Virus record (IMG/VR): IMGVR_UViG_3300037249_000989
Coordinates: 1,016 to 65,015 of that record
DNA length: 64,000 bases
Direction: 5' to 3' (one strand)
DNA from: a virus
Taxonomy: Duplodnaviria; Caudoviricetes
This document shows, one piece after another, positions 1 to 11,485 of this stretch; within the stretch, counting starts at the first letter, position 1; every line of letters begins with the position of its first letter. The notes under the pieces were generated by a model that did no database searches, was not told the DNA's origin, and worked only from the letters and a program-made list of their open reading frames with translations. The translations under genes and the position numbers were made by a program.

Positions 1-1
1 A

Positions 2-403
2 GGTGCTTCTGATTATGAAACAGCATTAAATGTTTACAAAGCAATCCCTGCTGAAATCTTAGACAAAGCTGAAATTTTCGTAGGTGAAGATGCATTCCGT
101 TCAATCGTTCTTGAAATCACTGCTAAGAACTTATATCATTATGATCCAAAAGTTGACAGTGCAAAAACTATCATCCTTCCTGGAACTAATACTAAGTTAC
201 ACGGTGTAGCAGGTTTGATTGGTAAAGGTTAGATGTTAGCTGCTGATCCAGAGAATTTATTCTATGGTGTTGATATGGCTGATGATGCTGAAACATTCGA
301 CCTTTGGTATTCTAAAGACAATCAAGAGTTCCGTTTGGCTATCAAGTTCAACGCTGGTGCACAAGTTGCATTCCCTGACCAAGTAGTTGTTTCTGAGAAG
401 TAA
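2..403 (+). CDS. Major capsid protein, C-terminal part (TAG read-through at 230-232)
   Basis: Homologous to the C-terminus of 33171-34052; ends FPDQVVVSEK-TAA. Confidence 0.85.
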
Positions 404-424
404 TCAAAATTTTAACAACAAAAT

Positions 425-450
425 GAGGGTTGGTAATACGGCCAACCCTC
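425..450. terminator. GC-rich hairpin GAGGGTTGG-N8-CCAACCCTC between capsid and tail tube genes
   Basis: Perfect 9-bp stem, identical at 34074-34099. No U-tract on + strand, so it may be a stabiliser or attenuator instead. Confidence 0.5.
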
Positions 451-488
451 ACAATTAAAACTTACAAAAATTAAAAAGAATTTATATT

Positions 489-1016
489 ATGAATTGTACA
501 AGTTATACTTTATCAGGTTTAAATGCTGGGTGCAAAGATTCTGTAGGTGGTGTTGCTAAAGTTTGGTTAGCTGATGCTACAAATATTAAATGGACTATAA
601 GCAATGATGGTACTATTGCACCTACTGGTGGGATAGGTGAAGATTGGAAAGTTTTTAATCTTCGTAAAGGTGCTGGCTCAATGACTTCAACTTTAACAGT
701 AAACGATAATGCAGGTTCTTATTTCACAACTGAAGTTGCAATGAACTTCTTAAAAATGGAAAATAAAAAACGCATTGAAGTAATGGCAATGCTTATGGGA
801 CAATGCACTGGTGTAGTAAAAGACCGTAATGGAAAATATTGGGCAATTGGTGTAGAAAACCCACTTGAAGGATCTGCTGGAACTGGTGAGACTGGAACTG
901 CTGCAGCTGATGCAAACCAATACACTGTCACAATCTCTGTAGATGAATCTGAATTACCAAGAGAAATCACTGATGCATCCGTAATTGCAGATTTGGAAGC
1001 TATTACAGTTGTTTAA
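489..1016 (+). CDS. Major tail tube protein
   Basis: 175 aa, GCKDSVGGV..VWLAD N-terminus typical of Bacteroidota siphophage tail tubes; follows capsid gene. Confidence 0.7.
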   Translation: MNCTSYTLSGLNAGCKDSVGGVAKVWLADATNIKWTISNDGTIAPTGGIGEDWKVFNLRKGAGSMTSTLTVNDNAGSYFTTEVAMNFLKMENKKRIEVMAMLMGQCTGVVKDRNGKYWAIGVENPLEGSAGTGETGTAAADANQYTVTISVDESELPREITDASVIADLEAITVV

Positions 1017-1040
1017 TATTTAATGGCTAAAGAAAAAGAA

Positions 1041-1070
1041 AAGACTGGGAATTTTTCTCAGTCTTTTTTT
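1041..1070 (+). terminator. Rho-independent terminator
   Basis: AGACTGGGA-loop-TCTCAGTCT followed by T-tract; conserved at 34687-34716. Confidence 0.8.
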
Positions 1071-1097
1071 ATGCGAATAAATATCTTGATGGAAATA

Positions 1098-1115
1098 TAT
1101 TTTTCATTTGAACAA
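1098..1115 (+). promoter_or_regulatory. Phage late promoter motif TATTTTTCATTTGAACAA (first of 14 copies)
   Basis: Also at 3312, 6655 (variant), 7600, 23750, 29590, 31670, 32589, 34744, 40054, 55015, 61056, 63009, 63947. Always + strand, just upstream of structural or lysis genes. Confidence 0.75.
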
Positions 1116-1131
1116 AAATAGTCAAAATATT

Positions 1132-2247
1132 ATGAAAAAAGACGAAAAAACTCAAAAAACGACACAATTTTTATCATTTTCTATGGAAAATGTGGAAATA
1201 CCTCAGTTGATAGAACGTTCTTATTCGGGTAAAGATTGGTTCTATTGGGGTAAAGATAACAAACTCCCATATTATCTTTATGGTTTGTATGAAAAATCAT
1301 CTTTGATGCAGTCTATTATAAACACTACATTAAACTTTGTGGTTGGTAATAGCATTGAATCTAAATATAAGCCTAATGAAGATGAAACTTGGGAAGATTT
1401 AATTAAAAATCTTGGTTTGGATTATATGCTTTATGGTGGTTTTGCTATTCAAGTAATGTACAATAAAATGGGTCAAATTCACTCATTAAATTGGCTTGAT
1501 ATGAGAAAATGCCGTACAGATGAAGAACATACTAAAGTTTATTATTCAAAAGAGTTCGCAACCAAATCAAGTCCTAAATATTTAACATTTAAAGTTTGGA
1601 AACGTGGTGAAGAATATAGAAATGAATCTGCTGTTTTCTTCTACACTGGAAGCAAAAGAACCGTTTATCCATTACCACGTTATTCTGGTTCCATTGCAGC
1701 AATTGAAACATCTATCAGAATTGACAACTTCCATTTAAATGCAATCAGAAATAACTTTAGTAATAATACTATTGTTTCTTGGCATCAAGGTGTACCTGAC
1801 GAAGATACTAAAAAACGATTAGAAAAACAATTTAATGAAAAATTTGCTGGTGATGAAAATGCAGGTAAAGTAATATTTACTTTTGATGATGGAAAAGCAG
1901 ATGGAGTTGAAATAACAAATCTTGCAGATGATTAGTTTGATAAGAAATATGAAGCATTGAAATCACAAACTATTACTTCTATTTTTACTGGTTTTTCTGC
2001 ACCATCACAATTATTTGGTTATGCAATCACTGGAAATGTTTTTTCAAAGCAAGAATATCAAGAAGCATTCGACCTTTATTCAAGACTTCAAATTACACCG
2101 ATATAGAATTTATTTAAACGTGTATTTGAGCTCATCTACGGTCTCGAAAATGTAATAGAATTTATTCCATTTGAGCTAAGTACCGAAGATAATGATGAGA
2201 ATGTTGACGAAACTACAAAAATTAATCCTAATGACAACAATGAATAA
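1132..2247 (+). CDS. Portal protein (371 aa, TAG=Gln)
   Basis: Frame stays open through two TAGs (first at 1933-1935) to TAA 2245; W-G-x-D-N-x-L-P-Y-Y-L portal-like N-terminus; same length in copy 2. Confidence 0.75.
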
Positions 2248-2740
2248 TACACTTTTAATATCAGAAAAGACTGTAAAAGAAAACAGTTTGGTAAGTAATA
2301 ATGTAGATTCAAAATACATCCAAAACTCTATTCGTTCTGCTTAGGATATTTCATTACAACCTATAATTGGACAAAAGTTATTTGAACGATTGTGTGAAGG
2401 TGTTGCTGATGATAATTTAACAGAATTAGAGACAGAGCTCATTAAAACATATATTCAACCAGTTTTATTGAATGCAGTGATGTCAGACTTAATTTTATAG
2501 CTAAGCTTTAAATTTAGAAATCTTGGTGCTGTACAAACGGTTGATACCAATGTAATAATTCCTAGTTTAACTGATTTGGAATATATTAGAAATGACTATA
2601 GTATGAAATGCACATTTTACCAAAATCGTTTAAGTGATTTTCTAGAAAAGAATTGCACTAAGTTTGCGCAATATCCGGGATGTGATTGTCACTCACTTAA
2701 AGCTAATAAATATGCATTTAAAAACCCATTTGTGCTTTAA
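2240..2740 (+). CDS. Head-tail adaptor-like protein (166 aa, TAG=Gln)
   Basis: Two TAGs align with CAA in 35886-36386; directly after portal. Confidence 0.6.
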
Positions 2741-2759
2741 AAATAATTATATTTAAACT

Positions 2760-3305
2760 ATGAATTTTATACAAATATTGAAAAAATTAGAAGCATATTC
2801 ATTATCACTTCCATATGTAAACGAAGTGAACTTAGGTGATATTTATGAGTTTTTAAATGGAAAACCTAATGTGAAATATGCATCAGTTAACATTGATATA
2901 AATAATTCTGTCAGAAATGATGGTTTAATTAGTTATTCTGTCTATTTGTATTATGTTGACAGATTAACCGAAGATAAAACAAACTGGATGGAAGTAAAAA
3001 CCACAGCAGAATAGGTTTTAAACAGCATTATAAATTACGCGGCAAAAATAGGAGACGTGAATGATGGTTGGACGATAAACTATTTTGAGCAACAATTTGC
3101 TGACTATTGTGCTGGTGGTTATGTTCAGTTTAATTTAGAAGTTCCTAATGTAATGGGTGACTGTTTAATAGACGAATACAAAGACGATGATGAAAAACTA
3201 ATTGAACGATTAGAAGAAGCTATTCGTCAATATGAAGAAGATAATGCAGAATTGGCTTTGTTATTAAAAGAGATTCTGCACAAACTGACTGGAGAAATAA
3301 TTTAA
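2760..3305 (+). CDS. Tail terminator/neck-like protein (181 aa, TAG=Gln)
   Basis: Joins ORFs 2760-3014 and 3057-3305 across one TAG. Confidence 0.55.
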
Positions 3306-3356
3306 TTTTATTATTTTTCATTTGAACAAAAATGTACAAAAAATTATTCGAATAAT

Positions 3357-5090
3357 ATGGCAAATTACGATTCAAATTATGCGATTGCACAAGAGATTAG
3401 TGCAAGAATTGGTAACAGCCCAATTCCATTTGACAGCGTTTATTCAATCTGTTTGGAGATTTATAATGAGCTTGGTGGTGAACCTGCTCAATTTGATTCT
3501 GTCTATGAGATCCTTTTGGGTATTTTACCATTAGTTGAAGGTGGAATAGCAACGAAAGTTATTGACGACACGTCTATTCGCTTAGACAAGACTTGGAGCT
3601 CAAGTAAAATAAATTCAGAAATTGAAGCACATAGTGGTGCAACATACACAGCTGGTCAAAATATTTCAATAGATGCAAGTAATGCAATTTCTGCTGATGG
3701 ATATGTTTATGATTCAAGTAATTATTCATTTGCAACAATATACCGTGATAGTGAAGATCCTACTATAATAAACAGCGCATCAGGTGAAGGTGCTTTTGCT
3801 GAAGGTATGGGCACTACTGCTACAGGTATGGGTAACCACGCAGAAGGTGCTGGAACACAAGCAACAGGTTCACAATGTGCACACGCAGAAGGTTTAATGA
3901 CAGTTGCTTCTGGAAATAATTCACACGCAGAGGGCGGAAAATCAATTGCATCAGGAAAAAATTCACACGCAGAAGGTGCCTCAATAAAAAATTATAATCC
4001 TACAACTGCGGCTGGTTCTGGTTCACACGCAGAAGGTGCAAGTACATTAGCATCTGGTAAATATTCACACACAGAAGGTCAAATAACAGTTGCAAGTGGT
4101 GAAGGTGCACACGCAGAAGGTTACCGTACTGTTGCGTCGGGGCACAGTTCACACGCAGAAGGTTTTTTATATAATAGTTCATATCCAGATGATGTAACAA
4201 CCGCATCTGGAAAAGGTGCACACGCTGAAGGTGCTTCAACAAAAGCAACTGGAGATTGTGCTCACGCAGAAGGTGTAAAAACAACTGCACAAAATGAATC
4301 TGAACACGCAGAAGGTAGTTTTAATGTATCTCACAAAGCATCTGATACTTATGGTAATGCAGGCAACACTCAACACTCAGTAGGTATAAACCAAAAAAAC
4401 GCAACTGAAGTAATGCAAAATGGTGACTACTATTTATATGGTGTAGGTGGTTATCAAGGAACAAATACAAAAGTTCAAAATGCATCTATTTTAACATTAC
4501 AAGATGTAATAAACGGAAAAGCAGATGCATATGAAGTTGCAACTACAGCTGATATTGAAGCATTGTTTGCCGAACCTGTTCCACCAACTCCAGGTCCTGC
4601 TGATGATGAAATTTGGTACACAACTGAAAGTGGAAACTTATGGGAACCATATGTTGATAATGGAGATGGAGCAGAAAATACATTATTAAGAGTAAACAAT
4701 GGATCTGCTACAATTCTTTCCAATAATTATGTAAATGGACACGGTGTAATTAAATATAATAACCCAATTACAAGTCTTGATTATTAGTTTGGTACACAAT
4801 ACGACCCATCTGGCACCGGCATTAATTCAACTGATTTAACAATATTAACACTACCAAATTCAATTACATTTGTTGGTTTTATATTAGATGCAACCACACC
4901 ACAATTAGAGTCAATCTATTATAATGGCACCGTTGCAGAGTGTGAAGAAATAGATTGGGATTCATATGATGCAATCGCTGCTAATGATATTAATGAAATC
5001 ATTTGTTTAGATGGTACATATACAATTAGTGGTGGTGGCGGTTCTGGCTCAGGCTCTGGCTCTGGAGGTTCAGGCTCCGGTAATGGTTGA
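3357..5090 (+). CDS. Tail fibre/adhesin with YadA-like (Hep/Hag) head repeats, 577 aa, Gly-Ser C-terminus
   Basis: Many 14-aa S(H/A)AEG..T.ASG repeats; reads through TAG 4785-4787 to TGA 5088. Confidence 0.75.
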
Positions 5091-5118
5091 GAATAAATAA
5101 TAAAAACAAAAATTATTT

Positions 5119-6645
5119 ATGAAAAGTTGTATTTGTACGGTAATAAAAAATGAAAGTCAATACTTAGATGAGTGGATTCAATACCATTTTAATCTAGGTA
5201 TTGACGGAATCTTTTTATTTGAAGACATTGACAGTGACTCACATAAAAATATATGTGATAAATATAATAATGTGTTTTTAAATAGTATAAATAGTGTGTT
5301 AAATGAGACCCAACAAAAATAGGCAGTAATATTAAAAAAACAAACCGATATAAATGTTCAAAATTTATATTTTAAATCTGCGATGAGTTCAATACAAAAT
5401 ATGCATTTATATGATTGGTGTTTCATAATAGACATTGACGAATTTTTAGTATGTGATAATTTAAATAATGTTATTAAATTATTTTCAGATTATGATGCAT
5501 TTATGATGTCTTGGGAATCTTATGGAGCGTGTGAACACATAAACAAACCAAATATAAATGTTACTGACGCATATTTATATAAAAGTAAAGGCTTTGTGAA
5601 TAACAACCCAATTTTTCATACTAAAACTTGCTACAATTTAAACACATTTAAACCTTCTAATTATTGGACGAATCATTAGCCTTCAGAAATATGCAAATGG
5701 TGCCGGACAGATTTTTCAAATGATAGAACTAAAGAAATATTTGATAATATTTATATTAAACATTATATTACAAAATCTTGGGAAGAATATGTGGAGAAAA
5801 AATATAAAAGAGGTTTTTTTATTGGAAAATCTAGAACTAATGATTTTTTCTTCAAACTTAACCCAGAATTAAATTGTATGAAACGTGAGCTAATGGAAGT
5901 TTTAAATGATGAAATACTAGTTGTACTGCCATATAAACAAAATGGTGCTCAAGGTTCTGAGCTAGAATTGACATTATCATTGTGGAAAAAATTTTGTACA
6001 TTTAATTATCATTTTGTGGTAATTGGTGAGTTTGATAAATCATTTGAAGAAAAGTTTAATTGGGTTGAATTTATTTATCAAAAGTCTAAAGATAAAATTA
6101 AAGGTCAATACAACCCACATCTTGACATTCTTAATAAGTTTTTAACCGTAATAAATAAATACGAAAATAAATATAATGGTTTTGTTGCTATATGTGATGA
6201 TGAATATGCCATTAAACCATTTAATTTATTTGACATTATACAAACTCATTATCATTCATCTTCTTTTACTGGCGTACAAAGTGCTCCAACATCATATTGG
6301 AACCACGATAAATGGAAAACTAGATAGTTGTTTGATAAAGAAAAAATGTCTCATATAAATTATACAACGCATTTTCCATATTGGTACAATATTAAAAAAT
6401 TGAAATATATTATAGAAAAATTTAATCTTAGAAATGAGAGCTACGTGTTAGAAGATGTTTATTTTAATTATTTTAGACACGATAAACCCGTACTAGACTC
6501 TGAAATACGACTTGGAATTTGGAATAATAATATTTTTGAAAATGATTTTGAATCTGCATTAAATAATATAAATATTAAATTTATGTGTAATAGTGTTGAA
6601 GGTTGGAGTAAAGACTTAGAAAATAAATTGAAAAAATTATTATAA
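5119..6645 (+). CDS. Glycosyltransferase (GT2/GT92-like N-domain plus second DxD-type domain), 508 aa, TAG=Gln
   Basis: Four ORF fragments in one frame separated by TAGs; K-N-E-x-x-Y-L-x-E-W-I-x-Y-H and IDIDEF motifs. Confidence 0.7.
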
Positions 6646-6708
6646 ATAAAATAATATTTTTCATTTGAAAATAAAGATAAATATAAAAAATTTAACAAAC
6701 ATAACGTT

Positions 6709-7539
6709 ATGGATAAATTAATAGATTATGAAGGTTTGGGTACTTTTCAAACAAACCTATTAAACGACAACAAAATATCTCCAATTGCAACTTGGAGTTC
6801 AGAAAAAATTAGTGATGAATTAGCAAGTAAGGCTAATATTTCTGATTTAAGTTCTTATGCAACTATATCTTATGTAACAGGTGAACTTGCTACTAAAGCT
6901 AATTTAAGTGATTTAAGTTCTTATGCAACTATATCTTATGTAACAAATGGACTTGCAGGTAAACAAAATACACTAACAGCAGGTTCGAATGTAAGTATTA
7001 CAGGAAATAATATTTCTGCTATAGGATATAGATTTGATTCATCAAAAAACAGTATTGCAATAGGTACTAATACAACAGCATCTGGTTCAAATTCTCACGC
7101 TGAGGGTAAAAATACAACAGCAAGTGATGAAGAAACTCACGCTGAAGGTGTAGATTCAACTGCTTCTGGAAATTTTTCACACGCTGAAGGAGCACGGACA
7201 ACATCATCAGGTAAAGCATCACATACTGAAGGATGGATGACATCAGCACAAAATACAGGTGAACACGCAGAAGGTATGTATAATATTTCACATAGACAAA
7301 CTCTAGGTGATGGAAGTTATGGTAATACAATACATTCCATTGGTGTTGGAAGCGCTAATATTTATAGACAGAATGCAGTTGAAGTAATGCAAAACGGTGA
7401 TATGTACGTGCTTGGTGTAGGTGGTTATCAAGGAACTAATACTAAAGTTCAAGATACTACTATTAAGACATTACAAGAATACATTGCAAGTCTTGAAGCA
7501 CGTATTGCAGCATTGGAACACCCAACAACAACAGAATAA
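6709..7539 (+). CDS. Second YadA-like fibre protein (276 aa)
   Basis: HAEG repeats; shares NAVEVMQNGDMYVLGVGGYQGTNTKVQ segment with 3357 gene; 19-aa tandem repeat near N-terminus. Confidence 0.75.
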   Translation: MDKLIDYEGLGTFQTNLLNDNKISPIATWSSEKISDELASKANISDLSSYATISYVTGELATKANLSDLSSYATISYVTNGLAGKQNTLTAGSNVSITGNNISAIGYRFDSSKNSIAIGTNTTASGSNSHAEGKNTTASDEETHAEGVDSTASGNFSHAEGARTTSSGKASHTEGWMTSAQNTGEHAEGMYNISHRQTLGDGSYGNTIHSIGVGSANIYRQNAVEVMQNGDMYVLGVGGYQGTNTKVQDTTIKTLQEYIASLEARIAALEHPTTTE

Positions 7540-7563
7540 TTAAACTAATGCATAGTAATACAG

Positions 7564-7600
7564 AATAAAGGGAAGCTACTCAAAATAGTTTCCCTTTATT
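7564..7600. terminator. Hairpin terminator upstream of lysis operon
   Basis: AATAAAGGGAAGCTA-loop-TAGTTTCCCTTTATT; analogous hairpin at ~40024-40052. Confidence 0.7.
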
Positions 7601-7663
7601 ATTTTTCATTTGAACAAAAATGACTAATTGAAAACTCCACTAAAACTAATTATCAAATAACAA

Positions 7664-7909
7664 ATGAAAATGAACGCTGATACCAAAGATTGGATTAAAT
7701 TTATATCATCGATAGTGTTACTTGTTGCTGGAGTTGTCCTAATTTTTATTTCTATTTATCTTCCACCAATAGGTGAAATACACACTTCTGTGCTTACTGT
7801 TATTGGTGAAATATTTACATTTGTTGGAGCTGTCTTTGGAATCGGTGAATATGCGATGATTCAGATAGCGAAAATTAATAATAAAACAGAAGATAAAAAA
7901 GAAGATTAA
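7664..7909 (+). CDS. Holin (two TM segments, charged C-terminus)
   Basis: 81 aa, two hydrophobic helices, M-K-M dual-start-like N-terminus, upstream of endolysin. Confidence 0.65.
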   Translation: MKMNADTKDWIKFISSIVLLVAGVVLIFISIYLPPIGEIHTSVLTVIGEIFTFVGAVFGIGEYAMIQIAKINNKTEDKKED

Positions 7910-7913
7910 AACT

Positions 7914-8633
7914 ATGGCTTACCCTTGTGACTTACCTGCTAATATGGGTAATACTGACATATTACGTGCAATATATAATAAAATTGGAAATGGTGATACA
8001 AGCACCGGAAAAATTAAAGAACAATTAGATACCATCATTCAACAAATGAATGATGTCAATAATAATATTCAAATAAATACTGAAGCAATCAAAGATATTT
8101 CAATAAATGCCGATATTCATTCTAAAGATTTATAGAATATTACTAATGCAATAGATAGACAAACTGAAGCAATAAAAGATATTTCAATCAATATTGGAAT
8201 AGATACTTCTGATTTAAATGATTCTGTCAAATTGGTTGCATATAATATTGAAACTGGTTTGATTGAAACAGTGGATGCAATTAAAAATATTAAACCGTGT
8301 CCAGGACCTCATCCTCATCCGTGTCCTCCACCATATCCACCATATCCACCGAAACCAAGGCCCTGTCCTGAACCAGTTACACCTTGTGATAAAATAATTC
8401 CAAGTTATAGGGAAGGACAAAGATGTAAAGAGTGTGAAAAACAGAATCAAATAACATATAGAAGATGTTGGGAACCTAAAACATTAGAAGAACTTTATGA
8501 AGCTTACTATCACTGCTATTATCCAACATTTGATGAATTTTTCCAAGCTTTGTATGGCGCTAGAGAAGATTATTATTATTTCAGAGACTATTATTATGCA
8601 CAATATGATGAAAATTATGATTATTATGCATAA
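7914..8633 (+). CDS. Hypothetical protein: coiled-coil N-terminus with Pro/Cys/Tyr-rich tail (239 aa, TAG=Gln)
   Basis: TAG 8133-8135 aligns with CAG in copy 2. Confidence 0.7.
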
Positions 8634-8743
8634 TTAAATATTCGCATCCTGGGACATCGTTTTTGGTTAATATAATAAATTATATTAAATGATTATTTCG
8701 CATCACCAGATGTCACAGAAATAAACCAGAAATGAGTTTTTTA

Positions 8744-8775
8744 TTTGGATATATCGTTTAATTTTTGTATATTTG
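8744..8775 (+). promoter_or_regulatory. Bacteroidota primary-sigma promoter (-33 TTTG, 20 bp, -7 TATATTTG)
   Basis: Exact consensus match, conserved at 41206-41237. Confidence 0.75.
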
Positions 8776-8801
8776 CACCACATTTCAAATTTTATACAAA
8801 A

Positions 8802-8927
8802 ATGACAAAGAATGACAAACCCACAGTGGACTCAATGGTAGAGCTTTTGAAGCCCGGTTTTGATGCTTTAATGAAGCAAGGAAAAATCACACAAAAAGAA
8901 TTGAAAACTAATCGTAAAAAGAAATGA
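8802..8927 (+). CDS. 41-aa TAG-free peptide overlapping endolysin start
   Basis: Conserved at 41264-41389; ATGA overlap with endolysin. Confidence 0.6.
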   Translation: MTKNDKPTVDSMVELLKPGFDALMKQGKITQKELKTNRKKK

Positions 8928-9328
8928 AATATTTCAAATTTATAGAAATGATACGTTCATCAAAAGCAGATGAATTTGGAATAGACAACTTCCCTAAATA
9001 GTGTGATATTATAGACAATATCATATTTACTATGGAGTGTCTGGATGACATACGTGAATAGTATGGCCTGCCTTTATATATTTCGTCCGGGTACAGGTGT
9101 GATGAGTTAAACAAAAAAGTTGGTGGAGTAAAAACTTCCCAACACACAAAAGGACAGGCAGCAGATATAAACTTAGGCAGTGTTGAAATGAACCGAGCTT
9201 TCTTCAACTGGTGTTGTGTCAATATTAAAAACCTGCCTATCGACTAGCTAATAGATGAATCACATTATTCTTGGGTTCATCTTAGTTTCACAAAAGAAAA
9301 TCAAAGACACCAAGTTTTACACCTATGA
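8924..9328 (+). CDS. Endolysin, peptidase M15 family (134 aa, 3 TAG=Gln)
   Basis: SSGYRCDELNKKVGG..SQH..GQAAD...WVHLS motifs; absent from the ORF track because of TAGs. Confidence 0.9.
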
Positions 9329-9840
9329 AAACATTAAATTGGATCATAGGAATATTGCTTCTGGTGTCTCTAATTTTCAATGGATTATAGTTTTATTATC
9401 TAAAGCATTTGAGTGTGCCAGAATGTGTCTATGTGTCAGATACGGTCACTATTAAGAAAGATAGTATCATAACAAAAACAAAGTGGAAAACCCATTTTGA
9501 TACAATAAAGAAAATCCATTATAAAGATACAATTTTACACGACACTATATATATGCCTATTGAGCATAAAGTGTCAGAATTTGAGCTAAAGAAAGATAGT
9601 TTTGAATTAAAACAGAAAATACATCACAGTGGGTGGCATACTAATATTGATAGTGTAGAGTGTAGTTATTCTCTTAATTATGAGATAATGAAACCAAAAC
9701 CTAAAAAGTTTGGTTGGTGCATAACATTTGGACCTAGTATAAATTATGGAATAACACTAGATGTACAGAACAAAACTTGGACTAATGGACCTTCAGCCGG
9801 CTTTTCTATTGTGATAGGTCCAAGTTATATTATTAAATAA
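9325..9840 (+). CDS. Spanin-like membrane-anchored protein (171 aa, TAG=Gln)
   Basis: N-terminal TM helix followed by TAG; follows endolysin. Confidence 0.5.
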
Positions 9841-9843
9841 TTA

Positions 9844-10185
9844 TTATAATTTACAGAATGTCCATTCTCCAATATGTTTGGACATTTCTTTATTCCATTC
9901 TTCATAATTAGCTTCATATACTAATTCGGCTTCAGCATTATCACCTTTTTTCTGAGTTAGATCAAAGTATTCATTATTATACTTAATAAAGCAATGACAT
10001 AGATATCCATACAAGTATCCTTCACAATACATAAAGTCTAGATTATGGTCATTAGCGAACCACATAGATTTTGAAGCATTCATATGGCACATATGCTTTT
10101 TAGGCTTTACATATGCACACAATTCTTTAATTAATTGCTTGTCGATATTGCAATCGTAAATTGATTTAACTGTTATTGTTTCCAT
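9844..10185 (-). CDS. TAG-free moron, hypothetical (possible Cys-His-Asp peptidase fold)
   Basis: 113-aa antisense ORF; CHMNA..YCEG..CHCF..YFDLT pattern. Confidence 0.5.
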   Translation of the reverse strand: METITVKSIYDCNIDKQLIKELCAYVKPKKHMCHMNASKSMWFANDHNLDFMYCEGYLYGYLCHCFIKYNNEYFDLTQKKGDNAEAELVYEANYEEWNKEMSKHIGEWTFCKL

Positions 10186-10297
10186 AATTTTTGTTAGTTT
10201 TTTATTATTTATTTTGATTTGTTTTGAAAATTATATGCTTATTATTAAAAATGTTTCATAATTTTTCGTTTAATAAATAATAAAAAACAAGATTATT

Positions 10298-10612
10298 ATG
10301 GAAACCAAACTTTATTACACAAGAGACGAAGTGCTTAATAAAACTCACTTTAAATTTGTCGATAATGGAAAAGACATTTATTTGTACTAGAATGACGGAA
10401 GTTTTGAAATATATAAGAAACTATTTCTATTGAAACCGAATGCGTCAGATGTCACAGAAATATACGTAGAATTGAAAGTTTATATGGTAGTGGTTGAGCA
10501 TTTGAATAATAAATCAAGCAGATGGATGAATGAGTTTGATGCATATGTTTTTTATAGTGTCAAAGATTATTTTGAAAAATTAGACGAAGCAAACAAAAAC
10601 AGATTATTTTAA
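10298..10612 (+). CDS. Hypothetical protein (104 aa, TAG=Gln)
   Basis: Conserved at 42623-42937 with the same TAG. Confidence 0.7.
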
Positions 10613-10615
10613 TAT

Positions 10616-11485
10616 ATGAAGAAAAACTATGGGCTCCCATATATGGGGTCAAAAAACAAATTAGCAGAAGAAATAGTAAACTTTCTCCCATAGAAAAAAG
10701 TTTTAGTTGACCTATTTGGCGGAGGTGGTGCAATTAGTGTCTGTGCAAGCCAAAGTGGAAAATATGAAAAAATCATTTATAATGAGTTGAATAGTTTAAT
10801 TAGCGAAACCTTCAGAAAAGCATTAAATGGTGATTATGAAAATGAACGAAGATGGGTCAGCCACGAGGAGTTTGATTAGTTAAAAGATAAAGATGGCTAC
10901 GTTGCGATTTGTTTTTCATTTTCAAATAATTGTAATAATTATATGTACGGACCTAAAATTGAACCATATAAACGTGCATATCATTATGCGATTGTATTTA
11001 ATGATTTTGGACCGTTTAATGAATTATTTGATGATGAAACTACTGAGAAAATCAAAAAGAGTGTAGAAGGCATTACAGATTTGAAAGAACGTAGAATTAA
11101 ATTTTCACACGCATTAGGTGATTATATTCTATCATTAGAAAGATGTGAGCATCTAGAAAGAAAAGAAAAATTTGATTTAAAAAATGATGTCATAGAAGTT
11201 TTCAATAAAGATTATGCAGATGTTGAACTTCCATCGCCAGAAGATTGTGTAATATATTGTGATATTCCATATGACAAAACAGCTTCATATACGACTGGAA
11301 GTTTTGATTATGAGCGATTTTATAAATGGTGTCAAGAAAAAACATCTGAAGGTTATCAAATCTATGTTTCATCATATGAACTTCCAGAAGATTTATTTGT
11401 TCCCGTTTGGGAAAAAGGAAGACATAGTAAAGCACTTAGTGGAAGTAAACACGTAGTTGAAAAAATTTATACTATCAGAAAATGA
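10616..11485 (+). CDS. D12-class (Dam-like) N6-adenine DNA methyltransferase (289 aa, TAG=Gln)
   Basis: PYMGSKNKLA, DLFGGGG and YCDIPY motifs across two TAGs. Confidence 0.8.

Noticed and set aside
5025-5090. Synthetic GS-linker or vector contamination
   Set aside because: Continuous with a native fibre ORF; no other vector features.
8745-8927. TTG-started 60-aa version of the pre-endolysin peptide, and other TTG/GTG starts such as 1108 and 18893
   Set aside because: These starts fall inside promoter motifs; downstream ATGs with A-rich leaders are more plausible.
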